The translations under genes and the position numbers were made by a program. Under the pieces are notes generated by a model that had not been told where the DNA came from, did no database searches, and saw only the letters and a list, made by a program, of their open reading frames with translations. This document shows, piece by piece, positions 15,724 to 25,251 of a DNA stretch of 64,000 bases. The stretch's first letter is position 1; each line of letters starts with the position of its first letter. Source of the DNA: an uncultured bacterium (GTDB lineage Bacteria; Verrucomicrobiota; Verrucomicrobiia; Limisphaerales; UBA8199); assembly GCA_963749495.1 (NCBI GenBank), contig CAVVMW010000007.1, forward strand, positions 32,001 through 96,000, written 5' to 3'.

Positions 15724-16398
15724 ATGCCCGATCGTAAAATCGCGGGCATGGCTATCCTGCTCGAAAGACTCGGCCGAGCGGCGTCCGACCCGCGTCAACT
15801 CGCCCGGAAGGCGATGAAGCATCACGACTGGTTGGAGGAACTCCTCAGGGGTCTGGACGCGGACAAGGCCCGCATCAAGTACGGCTGCGCGAAAGCGCTC
15901 CGTCTCGTCAGCGAACAACGTCCCGAGGTGCTTTATCCCCGTTTCGATTTCTTCGTCGGTCTGGACCACAAGAATAAGATCCTCCAGTGGGAAGCGGCTT
16001 TCGTCCTGTCGCAACTGGCTCGCGTTGATGGTGACGACAAGTTCCCTGGCGTCTTTGATAAATACTTCTCTCCCATCGCCGGCCCGGTGATGATCACGGC
16101 CGCGAATGTCATCCGGGGGGGGGCGCGAATCGCCCAGGCCAAGCCGCATCTGGCCGACCGGGTGGCCGCGGAGGTGGTGAAGGTGGCGCGGGCTCGATAT
16201 CAGACCCGCGAGTGCCGCAATGTCGCTGTCGGCCATGCGATTCTCGCGCTGGGGGACTTCTTTTGCCTGCTCAACCATCCCGAGCCGGCGCTTGAGTTTG
16301 TGCGCCGGCAGCTCAGGAACCCTCGGCCCGCCACCCGAAAGAAGGCGGAGCAATTTCTGAGAGGCACTCCAAGCCGTGCAAAGAACCTCGCGACATAG
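15724..16398 (+). CDS. HEAT/ARM-repeat-like helical protein (start uncertain)
   Basis: helical repeats such as ARIKYGCAKAL and NKILQWEA. Confidence 0.65.
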   Translation: MPDRKIAGMAILLERLGRAASDPRQLARKAMKHHDWLEELLRGLDADKARIKYGCAKALRLVSEQRPEVLYPRFDFFVGLDHKNKILQWEAAFVLSQLARVDGDDKFPGVFDKYFSPIAGPVMITAANVIRGGARIAQAKPHLADRVAAEVVKVARARYQTRECRNVAVGHAILALGDFFCLLNHPEPALEFVRRQLRNPRPATRKKAEQFLRGTPSRAKNLAT

Positions 16399-17119
16399 AG
16401 GCGCCGACCCCGAAGATGAGCGTTCGTTCGGCGCCGGCCGCCTGCCTGCCCTGCGCCAGGCCACCAGCGATCTATGCTGGCTTCTGGACCATGGCTATGG
16501 CATCGCCTCCGCGACGGAATTGGTTGGAGACCGTCACCATCTGACGCGACGGCAGCGGGTCGCCATTGCCCGGTGCGCCTGTTCCGGGGAGGCGAAGGAG
16601 CGGCGTGACGGGCATCGCGTCGCCACGACGCAGTTGCGGGGCCAGGAGCTTTGGCTGGACGGCTTTAACGTTTTGACGGCGGTCGAGACCGCCTTGGGTG
16701 GGGGAGTGATTCTCATTGGGAGAGACGGCTGCTGCCGGGACGTGGCCGGGGTTTATTCCCATTACCATCAGGTGGCGGAGACCCTCCCGGCTCTGCAGGC
16801 CATAGGTCAGTGTATCTCGCAGTGGGCGGTGACCAAGTGCCACTGGTGGCTGGACAGCCCCGTTGACAATTGCGGACGCCTGAAAGGGATCCTCCACAAA
16901 GTGGCCACCGAAAGCGGTTGGCCCTGGCAGGTCGAACTGGTGACCAACCCGGACCGGGTGCTTTCAGCCACCGACCAGATCGTCTCCAGTTCAGACCACG
17001 CGATTCTGGACCGGTGCCAAAAGTGGTTTAACCTGGCTCGCCAGGTGATCACCCAACACGTGCCGCAAGCGCGCTTGGTGGACCTTGGCCTCGGCGAGCA
17101 CACTCCGACAGGGGCCTGA
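16376..17119 (+). CDS. DUF434 domain protein
   Basis: DL.WLL.HGY..A..LVGDRH.L; LDGFNVL..E; GRDGC.RD. Confidence 0.8.
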   Translation: MQRTSRHRGADPEDERSFGAGRLPALRQATSDLCWLLDHGYGIASATELVGDRHHLTRRQRVAIARCACSGEAKERRDGHRVATTQLRGQELWLDGFNVLTAVETALGGGVILIGRDGCCRDVAGVYSHYHQVAETLPALQAIGQCISQWAVTKCHWWLDSPVDNCGRLKGILHKVATESGWPWQVELVTNPDRVLSATDQIVSSSDHAILDRCQKWFNLARQVITQHVPQARLVDLGLGEHTPTGA

Positions 17120-17364
17120 TGAAACTCATCCCGATCCAGGTTGAATGCTATGCCGGGGCCAAAGCCGACGAGACGCCGCGCCGGTTCATTTGGGAAAATG
17201 TGCCCATCGAAGTCGGTGAAGTCTTCGACCGTTGGTACCAGGTCGAAAGCAGACCCGAGTGGCCCCGCGCGGACTATTTCAAAGTGCGGGGCACAGACCA
17301 GAACGAGTATCTGCTCAAACACGACCTCGAATCCGATGAATGGTTTCTGGGTCAACGGAGGTGA
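17119..17364 (+). CDS. hypothetical protein
   Basis: VECYAG.KADETP.RF...DRWY...YFKV; coupled start/stop. Confidence 0.7.
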   Translation: MKLIPIQVECYAGAKADETPRRFIWENVPIEVGEVFDRWYQVESRPEWPRADYFKVRGTDQNEYLLKHDLESDEWFLGQRR

Positions 17365-17366
17365 CC

Positions 17367-18323
17367 ATGCGCCATGCCCTCTTGATTTCAAGTGCGATTG
17401 CCCTTGCAGTATCTTCAATCATGGGTTTCGAACCGCCCGGACCACAGAAACGGCTTGAAGCGATTGGGCCGACCAATGGGCTTCCAGCAACGCTTCAGCG
17501 CGCATTCACCCCGGACGAGGATTTCCAACCGGTCCCGGTTCCCGGCCCGCAGGATTGGCTGGCGGTTCATCGTGAGCCGGGCCAGACGTTCGACGATTTC
17601 CGGCGCTCGCAAGCCCATCGCCCCGACGCGCAGCGGCGCATCATTTATTTGCAGCCCCTGGGTGATTTCCGCGCCGAGCAAAGTCCTTCCTTGGAAATGC
17701 TCCGCCGATACGCGGCTGATTTCTTCCAAATGGAGGTGAAGGCCCTGGCGCCCATCAGCATAAGCGCCAGTGGCCTGACCAGCCGCACCAACTCTATGAC
17801 GGGACGGCGGCAACTATTGACTGAGGATGTTCTGCGTTTGTTGACCGGAAAGCTGCCTGGGGACGCCTTCTGTTTGTTGGGCATTACGATGGAGGACCTC
17901 TACCCTGCGCCGTCGTGGAATTTTGTCTTCGGCCAAGCGTCCCTGAACGAGCGCGTGGGGGTTTACAGCTTTGCCCGCTACGATCCCGCCTTCTATGGCG
18001 AGCCGCGGGGGAAGGATTACCCGGCGCTGCTGTTGCAGCGGAGCACGAAGGTGCTCACGCACGAGACCGGGCACATGTTCGGACTGAACCACTGCATCTA
18101 CTTCCATTGCGTGATGAATGGCTCCAATCATTTGCAGGAGAGCGACCGCCGCCCGCCCCACCTGTGTCCGGTGTGCCTGCGGAAGCTCCAGTCCAGCGTG
18201 GGGTTCGACGTGGTGAAACGGTACGAGGAACTGAGCCAGTTCTTTGGGCAGATGGGGTTTGAGGACGAAGCCGGGTGGACGGACCGCCGTCTGGAGAACA
18301 TCCACCGTAGTGCGGGCAGCTAA
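17367..18323 (+). CDS. archaemetzincin (peptidase M54)
   Basis: HETGHMFGLNHC..CVMNGSN...LCPVC, WNFVFGQA. Confidence 0.9.
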   Translation: MRHALLISSAIALAVSSIMGFEPPGPQKRLEAIGPTNGLPATLQRAFTPDEDFQPVPVPGPQDWLAVHREPGQTFDDFRRSQAHRPDAQRRIIYLQPLGDFRAEQSPSLEMLRRYAADFFQMEVKALAPISISASGLTSRTNSMTGRRQLLTEDVLRLLTGKLPGDAFCLLGITMEDLYPAPSWNFVFGQASLNERVGVYSFARYDPAFYGEPRGKDYPALLLQRSTKVLTHETGHMFGLNHCIYFHCVMNGSNHLQESDRRPPHLCPVCLRKLQSSVGFDVVKRYEELSQFFGQMGFEDEAGWTDRRLENIHRSAGS

Positions 18324-18334
18324 GGGGTCTTTGG

Positions 18335-18598
18335 ATGGTCCCCATTCACGAACTGCTGAACCGCATCCGCTGGGACCACGAATTTGGCCGCGGGACCTTC
18401 GAGATGGGCTATTTTGACCGCGTGGAGGGCCGGGTTATGGTCGTCCCGTTTCGGGAAGTAGCTTTTCCCGAAGACGACCCGCAGGCGTTCCAACTTGTAG
18501 ATGCGGAGGGCCGGCGCCATCGAGTCCCCTTTCACCGCGTTCGGGAAATTTACAGAGACGGGCAGCGCATTTGGCATCGGCCGCAGGACCCAAAATGA
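18335..18598 (+). CDS. DUF504/MJ1316 domain protein
   Basis: LLNRIRWD, GYFDR, VPFHRVR..Y.DG..IW.R. Confidence 0.85.
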   Translation: MVPIHELLNRIRWDHEFGRGTFEMGYFDRVEGRVMVVPFREVAFPEDDPQAFQLVDAEGRRHRVPFHRVREIYRDGQRIWHRPQDPK

Positions 18599-18938
18599 AA
18601 AGCCGCTCTGCTGCTCGCCTCGTGGACGCATTGTCGCTACCCTGGCCCCAACCTCATCTGTGAAACTTTGAGACTTTTATGGCGGGCAAACTGGGCACCA
18701 CTAGCTCCCGAAGGATGGCGTCGCGCCCACCGCCCAATCTGGAGCATGGGGTAAGGCGCAACGGCCCCTGGCCCATTTTCGCCGCCCAAAAAAGAATACA
18801 CGTGTATTCTTTTCCCCTTTTTCACGGAAAGTCGCCAAACACAGGCTAAAATGCACTTCTGGCCTGTGAAATCAGGGGTGGGATGAAGGTTGAGCTAACG
18901 CGCATGAACGCCCGAAAACGCCCCAAAAAGTGCCAAAA

Positions 18939-18981
18939 TCGGCTTAAAAGGCCGCTGCTCTACCGACTGAGCTACCAACCC
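18939..18981 (-). pseudogene. 5' half of a canonical tRNA-Lys(TTT); candidate att site
   Basis: reverse complement gggttggtagctcagtcggtagagcagcggccttttaagccga; no T arm or 3' acceptor strand follows. Confidence 0.8.
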
Positions 18982-19070
18982 AACTGCTTAAATCTTAGGC
19001 ACTTACGGCGATATTCCATTCTGCACACAAATGTGCTTGCCATGCTGACTTGCCATTCTAAAACCATGGC

Positions 19071-19231
19071 GTGAAGAACACGGCGCAGGCAAAGACGGAC
19101 CGGCCTCCTGCTGGGGATGCCCAGCAGAAGCTGAAGAACGTCGGCGAATGCCTATATCGCAGCAAATCATCCAAAATCTATTATGCCATAACCTGCGTTG
19201 GCAAGCGACAACTAAAGAAGTCGCTCAGGAC
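19071..19231 (+). pseudogene. integrase N-terminal stub
   Basis: VGECLYR..SKIYYA...GKRQLKKSLRT resembles tyrosine-integrase arm-binding N-termini; cut by the MITE. Confidence 0.55.
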
Positions 19232-19585
19232 GGGTGCGGGACAAAATAGTAACCATTAGACCTGTTCATTTCCGCGTATTCCGCGTATTCCGCGGTTCAT
19301 TCTTCTTCGGCGCTTTGCTAGCCTCGCCGGCCATGAAAACCAATCTTATTTACCATCCAAATGGAGCGCATCGTGGCGGAGCGGGGCCGATACGGCTAGG
19401 GCAGATGAGGGCAACCGCGGAATACGCGGAAGACAAAGCCGCCCAGCGATTCCGGGTGGGGATTGGCCGGCATTGGGGCGGCCCCATTTCCTTGCGGTTG
19501 CATCCGCATAGATACAATCATGGAAGGGAACGAACAACGCCTGTCTTGGTCCCTTCAACGGAGGTTACTTTTTTGTCTCGCGCCC
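19232..19585. mobile_element. non-autonomous element (MITE) copy 1
   Basis: ends gggtgcgggacaaaatagtaacc / ggttacttttttgtctcgcgccc; 9-bp flanking duplication gctcaggac. Confidence 0.88.
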
Positions 19586-19958
19586 GCTCAGGACCCAGGG
19601 CGCGCTCAAGATTGATTCAAGAAGATGGACCGTCGTGGCCTGAAGCTTGAGGGGCTCATCGGGCGGAATCCAGGGTCCACGTGGCCGCAAGCCGATTCTC
19701 GGCAGGTTCGCTACCCGGATGTCCCTGAACCTCGGCTTGAAGCCTATTTTGCCCGGACACGGGAGACGGGGCGGCGGAGGCGCGCGGCAGTGCGCGCCAG
19801 GCCAGAACTTGCGCGGGCGGGTGTGTGAGACAGCTACCATTTGACCTTGGCCGGAGCAACTTGCGTCAATGGGCCCTGGCCCTGCGCGTGTATGTCCAGG
19901 ACAATAAAGTTTTTCCGGTGAGCGCGGTGTGCGCTCCAGGCGGAACTTGGTTGTAGAG

Positions 19959-22343
19959 TTACCGGTTTGCCTCCGAGGCAAATTCGAGTTCCCAAATGAC
20001 CGCCTCTGGGCTGCCCTCGAAGCTGACCGACAACAAGCTGCCGCTTTGTTCGCGGTGCACTGGGACTTCGCCGCCGTGCCTGGTTGCGGCTTGTGCCTTC
20101 GATACGGCCATTTTTTCCGGGACATGGACGAAGAGGGTGTATTTTTCACCCGCTACGATTTCCGAAGCGCCCCTCAATACGCTCTGCGGGCCATCCCAAA
20201 CCAGGTCCTGGATCGAATGAGCGCCAGAAATGTGCCGGGAGGTGCCAATCAACTGGGGGCGGTTCAGCAGCGGGTGGATCAACACCACTCGCGTATCGTG
20301 CCCCTCAATCTCGAGTGCCATCTGATCTCGAAAAACACCCAGGAGCTTCTGGTTCCAAAAGTCAAACATGATGTAATCCCTGCCGGGGCCCAGTCCGAGT
20401 TTATCAGCGAAGGAGACACTCTTGGTCACGGGAGTGCTGCGCCAGTTCGGCAGCGCCACGACATCATAGAGGCCGGATTTCGCATTCACCTTTAGATCCA
20501 GGATCTCGGGGTAATGGTGAATGTAGTCATCGGCGCGGACGTGTTTGAAAGTGTCCCAAGCGATGTCGGTGCCGCGGCTGAAGAGGTCGATTGGCCGGAT
20601 GGGCATGGTGGGCAACGTGCGCTGCAGGAGGGCGAGCCTCTCCGCGGGCAGTTCGGGCATTACACCGGCCAGAGGATAAACCACGCCGCTGAGGGCCACC
20701 AGGCTCACCAGCGTCCGCGCCTCGGCCGTCGTCACCCCAAAGCCGATCATCGGCTCCTCGCGTGTGCGCGCCGTTTCCACAACCTCCGCCGGACGCCTGC
20801 GCTTGGCCTCGCCCACGCTCATAGGCCCTCCCAGCTCCATGCCTTCGCCCGGCATGACATAGACGACGATGCGGTTGAGAAACGCGTTGGCGTTCAAGGA
20901 ACTGAACAGCGCGTGCATGCCGTGCCAATTGTTGTACACGTCCTCCCCGTTGAAATAGGAATTGAAGAAGCCGATCCCGTTGAGCGGCGTGCCGGCGGGG
21001 CACCCCTCCACAAAGCTGCGCGGACCGATGACTTTGCGAATCGCCTCCAACCGGTTTCGATAGGCTGTAATGGGGTCCAGGGCTTTGGCGTATAGTCTCT
21101 CCCGATCCACGGCGGGGACGTATTTCGGCAAGGCGTGTTCGCCGTCGAACTTGTAGTATTCGAAGCCCCACTCGCCCAGGGTGGTGAAGAGGTTCTTGAG
21201 AAAACCGAGGACCTCGGGATTGGTTGAGTCCAGCGCCGGCGTTCCGTAATCCAGAATGATTTTCCCCTGCGTATCGCGCAAGTACCAGTCGGGGTGCTCC
21301 TCAACCGCCCCGGCGTAGGCGTTCGGAACCAGCCACAGACCCGGGTGCAGCCCTCTTGACCTGATGTAGCCGGCCAGCCACTTCGGGCCGTGAGGAAATT
21401 TCTTCGAGTCCCAATTCTCAATCCAGTAATGCCCTTCTTTCAAACCCCGGTCGTAACCATCGTCGATCTGGACATACTGGAAGCCGTAGGCCTTCAGGTG
21501 CTCGGCAAGCCAATCCGCATTCCGGACTACCTCCCGCTCCGTGACGTCGCTGTAACAACTGGTCCAACTGCACCAGACCATCGGAGGTCTCGGAAAAAGC
21601 CCTTCGTCAAACGGGATGTAAAAGGGCACGCCCAGGGTCTTGGTGTAATACTCCGGTATCAAGCGAATTTGCACGCTCCCGGAACAGGGCAGCGACAGCT
21701 CCAGAAGATCCTCCTGTCCTTCGGCATTCAGGAGCCGTGCCTGGTCCGGGAACTGGATCGCGACATCTGCGGAGCGGTCGAATAGGCTGTGAAAAACGGC
21801 CCCGGAGACCGTGCCCAAGGCAAAGTACATGCACTCGGGGTTTTCCCGGGGAAGCCAGGAGGGGTTCCGCGTCCTGCTGCCGCCGTAAGTGCCGGCAACC
21901 TCGCCCGTTCCCGCCCAATCGACGGGGAATCCCTCAGGGTCGAGGAGCCGGGCGATTGCGCGTTGTTTGCCGACGGGCACTTGGGCCGTCAGAACCGCAT
22001 TGGGCGCGGTGCATGAGATCTTGAGGGCCAGGCGGCCCATCTCAAAAAGCCAGGTGCTCTGCGGCTCCGCGGTCGTGATCACGAGCCGGTTGTCGCCGCC
22101 CCTGCCGATGGTCCAGGCCTTGGCTGGAACGAGCTTCTGCGGTGTTTGAATGTTGAGCTGGACATGGGCCAGCAAGGGGCCCAATTGAGCATGCCCAATG
22201 ACCAAGGCACTCACGCTTGGATCCACGGCTATGGTCCAATCCTCGCTCGAAACCCTCACCTCCCGGTCCGCGGCCTTGCCGGTTATCGGCTGCACCAGGA
22301 CAAGGATGGCGGCGGCGCCGAGAGCAAAAAGCGACTGTTTCAT
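19959..22343 (-). CDS. secreted alpha-galactosidase (GH27/GH36 clan)
   Basis: signal peptide; WCSW, YVQIDDGY, KFPHG, GLWLVP, YYKFDG. Confidence 0.85.
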   Translation of the reverse strand: MKQSLFALGAAAILVLVQPITGKAADREVRVSSEDWTIAVDPSVSALVIGHAQLGPLLAHVQLNIQTPQKLVPAKAWTIGRGGDNRLVITTAEPQSTWLFEMGRLALKISCTAPNAVLTAQVPVGKQRAIARLLDPEGFPVDWAGTGEVAGTYGGSRTRNPSWLPRENPECMYFALGTVSGAVFHSLFDRSADVAIQFPDQARLLNAEGQEDLLELSLPCSGSVQIRLIPEYYTKTLGVPFYIPFDEGLFPRPPMVWCSWTSCYSDVTEREVVRNADWLAEHLKAYGFQYVQIDDGYDRGLKEGHYWIENWDSKKFPHGPKWLAGYIRSRGLHPGLWLVPNAYAGAVEEHPDWYLRDTQGKIILDYGTPALDSTNPEVLGFLKNLFTTLGEWGFEYYKFDGEHALPKYVPAVDRERLYAKALDPITAYRNRLEAIRKVIGPRSFVEGCPAGTPLNGIGFFNSYFNGEDVYNNWHGMHALFSSLNANAFLNRIVVYVMPGEGMELGGPMSVGEAKRRRPAEVVETARTREEPMIGFGVTTAEARTLVSLVALSGVVYPLAGVMPELPAERLALLQRTLPTMPIRPIDLFSRGTDIAWDTFKHVRADDYIHHYPEILDLKVNAKSGLYDVVALPNWRSTPVTKSVSFADKLGLGPGRDYIMFDFWNQKLLGVFRDQMALEIEGHDTRVVLIHPLLNRPQLIGTSRHISGAHSIQDLVWDGPQSVLRGASEIVAGEKYTLFVHVPEKMAVSKAQAATRHGGEVPVHREQSGSLLSVSFEGSPEAVIWELEFASEANR

Positions 22344-22345
22344 TA

Positions 22346-22480
22346 TCAGCACCACCAGGCCTGTTGAGTGATGGATTGGCCGTAGAAGAGCACCCGCACC
22401 GTCTTGCGGTCCGCCGGGGTGCTGGTGCCGAGCAGCGTCAGGGAGCGGCGCAGGTGCTCGCGCCGGCCGGGATCGGGTTG
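22346..22480 (-). pseudogene. fragment of SGNH-like hydrolase N-terminus
   Basis: TVRVLFYGQSITQQAWW then stop. Confidence 0.45.
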
Positions 22481-22545
22481 CCAGGGCGGCGGGGCGGAGT
22501 AGGAGGGGGCGGCTTGAACCGAGCTGGCGTCGCCGGGCGCGAAGC

Positions 22546-22625
22546 GTTTTGGACTGCGGCAGTCCTCTGCCGCTTTCGCGTCCCCAGTGTCCAAAAAGCG
22601 CCAGAGGACTGGCGCAGTCCAAAAC
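22546..22625. repeat. REP-like palindrome (copy at 52828-52912)
   Basis: ttttggactgcggcagtcctctgccgcttt ... aaagcgccagaggactggcgcagtccaaaa. Confidence 0.8.
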
Positions 22626-22930
22626 CTTGCGGGCTTCGGCGGTTCATGAAGCGGATGGGATGGGGGTCCAGTCGCGGTCACGGGACTATTCGGCGAGGAG
22701 AGGGACGTTCGTGGTCGCAGCCTCTGCAGGCCGATTGCCGGTGTCGCACTCCTCATGTGGGCTCCCACAATTCGATTGGGTTCCCTTCCGGATCCCGCAA
22801 ACGGGCAAAACGGCCGTTCGGATAAATCTGCGGGCATAAGGTGTTGAATGTCTTTCTGCTGAACGGGCAACAAGTATCCTCGGTGAACCGGCGATGCAAG
22901 GCAAAATGCTGAGAGATTTCAGCAGGGATA

Positions 22931-23025
22931 CAACCCCTTTCGGGGTAGGTGATCAATGGGCGCGGGACCCAGGGTAGCGCGTTCCGCGCAACCCTGGGCT
23001 GAGTGATCATAAGCCTTTTGGGCTA
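22931..23025. repeat. REP-like palindromic element
   Basis: cccagggtagcgcg-ttc-cgcgcaaccctggg with flanking small hairpins. Confidence 0.6.
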
Positions 23026-23153
23026 CTGAGCTGGGACCCGCGGCTCTCTCTCGCGTAGTGGTACCCGCCAGATGCGCCCTGCCGCCGCCCAGCTCGTCCT
23101 TAGGCGTTGACCCGGTGGCCGCCTGGCGGTAATCTTGAAACACGCCTCGGAAA

Positions 23154-23339
23154 GTGCGAGAGTTGATCCGAGACCTCGAACGAGCGGGGTTTACGGATCG
23201 CGGCGGGAAGGGGAGTCACAGGAATTTCGTGCATCCGAGAGTCGCTAAACCGGTGGGCATATCGGGAAATCCGGGCGACGATGCCAAACGATACCAGGAG
23301 AAGGCAGTGCATCGGGCCATCGAACAAGCAAAGCGATGA
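23154..23339 (+). CDS. hicA: HicA toxin
   Basis: LE.AGF....GKGSH..F.HP. Confidence 0.9.
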   Translation: MRELIRDLERAGFTDRGGKGSHRNFVHPRVAKPVGISGNPGDDAKRYQEKAVHRAIEQAKR

Positions 23340-23575
23340 AAGAGAGTGCGCGTTATCTTAAGATCGTCGAATGGTCGGACGAAGATCAGTGTTTTGTCGG
23401 ATCTTGTCCCGGGCTTTTCCACGGAGGTTGTCATGGCAACAACGAGAAACAGGTTTTCGAGGAGTTGTGCCAGATGGTGGAGGAAATGATCGCCTTATTC
23501 CATCAGGATCGCAAACCATTGCCTCCGCCAACGTGCGGGCGTGATCTGGCCAACCAGTTGGCGGACATGGCCTGA
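23336..23575 (+). CDS. hicB: short HicB antitoxin
   Basis: YLKIVEWS.ED..FVG.CPGL..GCHG...PLP; overlap with hicA. Confidence 0.88.
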   Translation: MKESARYLKIVEWSDEDQCFVGSCPGLFHGGCHGNNEKQVFEELCQMVEEMIALFHQDRKPLPPPTCGRDLANQLADMA

Positions 23576-23790
23576 CGAACGGAACACTGGGGTGATGCCT
23601 CGCCCCAGGCCCTGGCCGTTAGGCCCTTCGCGGGTACCGGAAGATCGCCTCGCCCAGCAGGGCCTTTTTCTTGATCGCCTCCACCTCCGATGCCTCGAGC
23701 GGCGTGATTTTCCCGGTCGACACCGAGCGCCAGACCGATTCCGCCACCCAACCGGGAATCGCATGGGTGTCACATAAAGAACCTGCTTGA

Positions 23791-23814
23791 TATGCTCTAC
23801 GGTTGTCGAGCATA
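23791..23814. promoter_or_regulatory. palindromic BlaI-type operator overlapping a promoter
   Basis: tatgctc-tacggttgtc-gagcata between ttgata and cataat, just upstream of the BlaI-like start. Confidence 0.55.
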
Positions 23815-23822
23815 ATGGCCGC

Positions 23823-25232
23823 ATGAAGAACCGGCCGGTCGAATTGACGGAAGCGGAGTGGGCGATTATCAAGGCGGTCTGGGGGAACGAGCCATGCACC
23901 GCGCCCCAGGTAGAGCAACGGCTCCGCCACCAGACCCCCTGGACCTGCTCGACCGTCCGTACGCTCATGGACCGCATGGTCGCCAAGGGGCAACTCATGA
24001 CGTTGGGCCTGGTTGGCATCCTGGAATCGCGCAACGCGCTGCGCCAACACATCGAGAGATTGCTTGATTTCCGCCCGCCTCCCGCCTCCAAGGTGCCCCT
24101 CGTTTCGCTCTTGGCGGTGCTGGCATTCGCGGCGGTGGCCGTGCCGATGGGCGAGCCGCCTGCCCCGGAACGCAATCGGAGTCCCGGTGTTTCCCCCTTT
24201 TCGGCCGGCGTGACGACGAGTGAATCTCGCGGCGAGAACGGCCAAGACCCCGCCGAAGGCAACCGCAAGGCAGGCTCGTTGGTCCAAGACGGCAAGCTGC
24301 TCCATGAGATGGGCAAACTCGACGAGGCTCAAGCCCAACTCAGCTTTCGCACCATCGGTTTTGATCCGTACACTTTTGGCCAGAACTTGAGGACGAGAAC
24401 AGGACTTCCCGATTCGAGCGGACCTGGAGCGGAGTTGCAGGCCTTGCGCAACCTCTTGCGCGATTACGGGGTGGATCTCACTCCACCAACGTCCGTGTTC
24501 TACAAGGGCCACCGGGGCGCAATCCTCGTTTACGCCTCGCCCCAGCAGCTTGGGTTCGTCGAGCGATTAGTCCAGGAACTCAATCCGGAACCGACGCAGG
24601 TTCAAATCGAGGCGGAGTTTCTGGAAGTGGATGCGCAGGTCCTCGAGCCCCTGCTGACACTCCTGGCACCCTACGAGGCTACGAATAGATTCGAGGCCTC
24701 GGCGAAGACCGCGCGGACGGTCATCTTGCCACCGGAGCAGGCGCATTCACTTAGAGAATTAGCCTCTCAATCGGCCGCGAAAGTGTTGAATGCAGCGGTG
24801 AGCACCCTCAGCGGCCGCCAGGGCAAGATCCAGACCGCGGACTGGCAGAGTTTGGCAACCGACATCAACCCGAAAACCGTGAGGCCGCCGGGGGTCGCGA
24901 CCCGCGATGTGGGGCAAGACGGGGTGTTCACATTGGAACCGGCGCCCGTCGGGCCGCAGTTGTTTATCGATTCCGCGGTGTGTCAGAATGGCTTGGACGT
25001 GCTTCTCACGGTGATCAAGGATCTAACCCAGAACTCAGCGCTGTTCGCGGACGTGACGGTCCGAGACAGCTACACCCTGGTGCTGAGCAAACCCGTGGAC
25101 ACCCCGGGGCAACCCGCCGAGGGGCCGGCGACCGGCCGGAACCGATTCCTGGTGTTGGTCACGGCGAGGATTCGAGATCATGCGGGGAACCGGTTGCACA
25201 CGGACGAGGAAATCCGATTCCTGTCACGGTAA
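23823..25232 (+). CDS. chimeric BlaI N-terminus / M56 tail / secretin-like domain protein
   Basis: LTEAEW.I...VW..STVRTLMDRMVAKG joined to LVGILESRNAL..IERL, TM segment, QVQIEAEFLEV, TLSGRQGKIQ. Confidence 0.7.
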   Translation: MKNRPVELTEAEWAIIKAVWGNEPCTAPQVEQRLRHQTPWTCSTVRTLMDRMVAKGQLMTLGLVGILESRNALRQHIERLLDFRPPPASKVPLVSLLAVLAFAAVAVPMGEPPAPERNRSPGVSPFSAGVTTSESRGENGQDPAEGNRKAGSLVQDGKLLHEMGKLDEAQAQLSFRTIGFDPYTFGQNLRTRTGLPDSSGPGAELQALRNLLRDYGVDLTPPTSVFYKGHRGAILVYASPQQLGFVERLVQELNPEPTQVQIEAEFLEVDAQVLEPLLTLLAPYEATNRFEASAKTARTVILPPEQAHSLRELASQSAAKVLNAAVSTLSGRQGKIQTADWQSLATDINPKTVRPPGVATRDVGQDGVFTLEPAPVGPQLFIDSAVCQNGLDVLLTVIKDLTQNSALFADVTVRDSYTLVLSKPVDTPGQPAEGPATGRNRFLVLVTARIRDHAGNRLHTDEEIRFLSR

Positions 25233-25251
25233 TCCATCAGTCATCCGTCGC

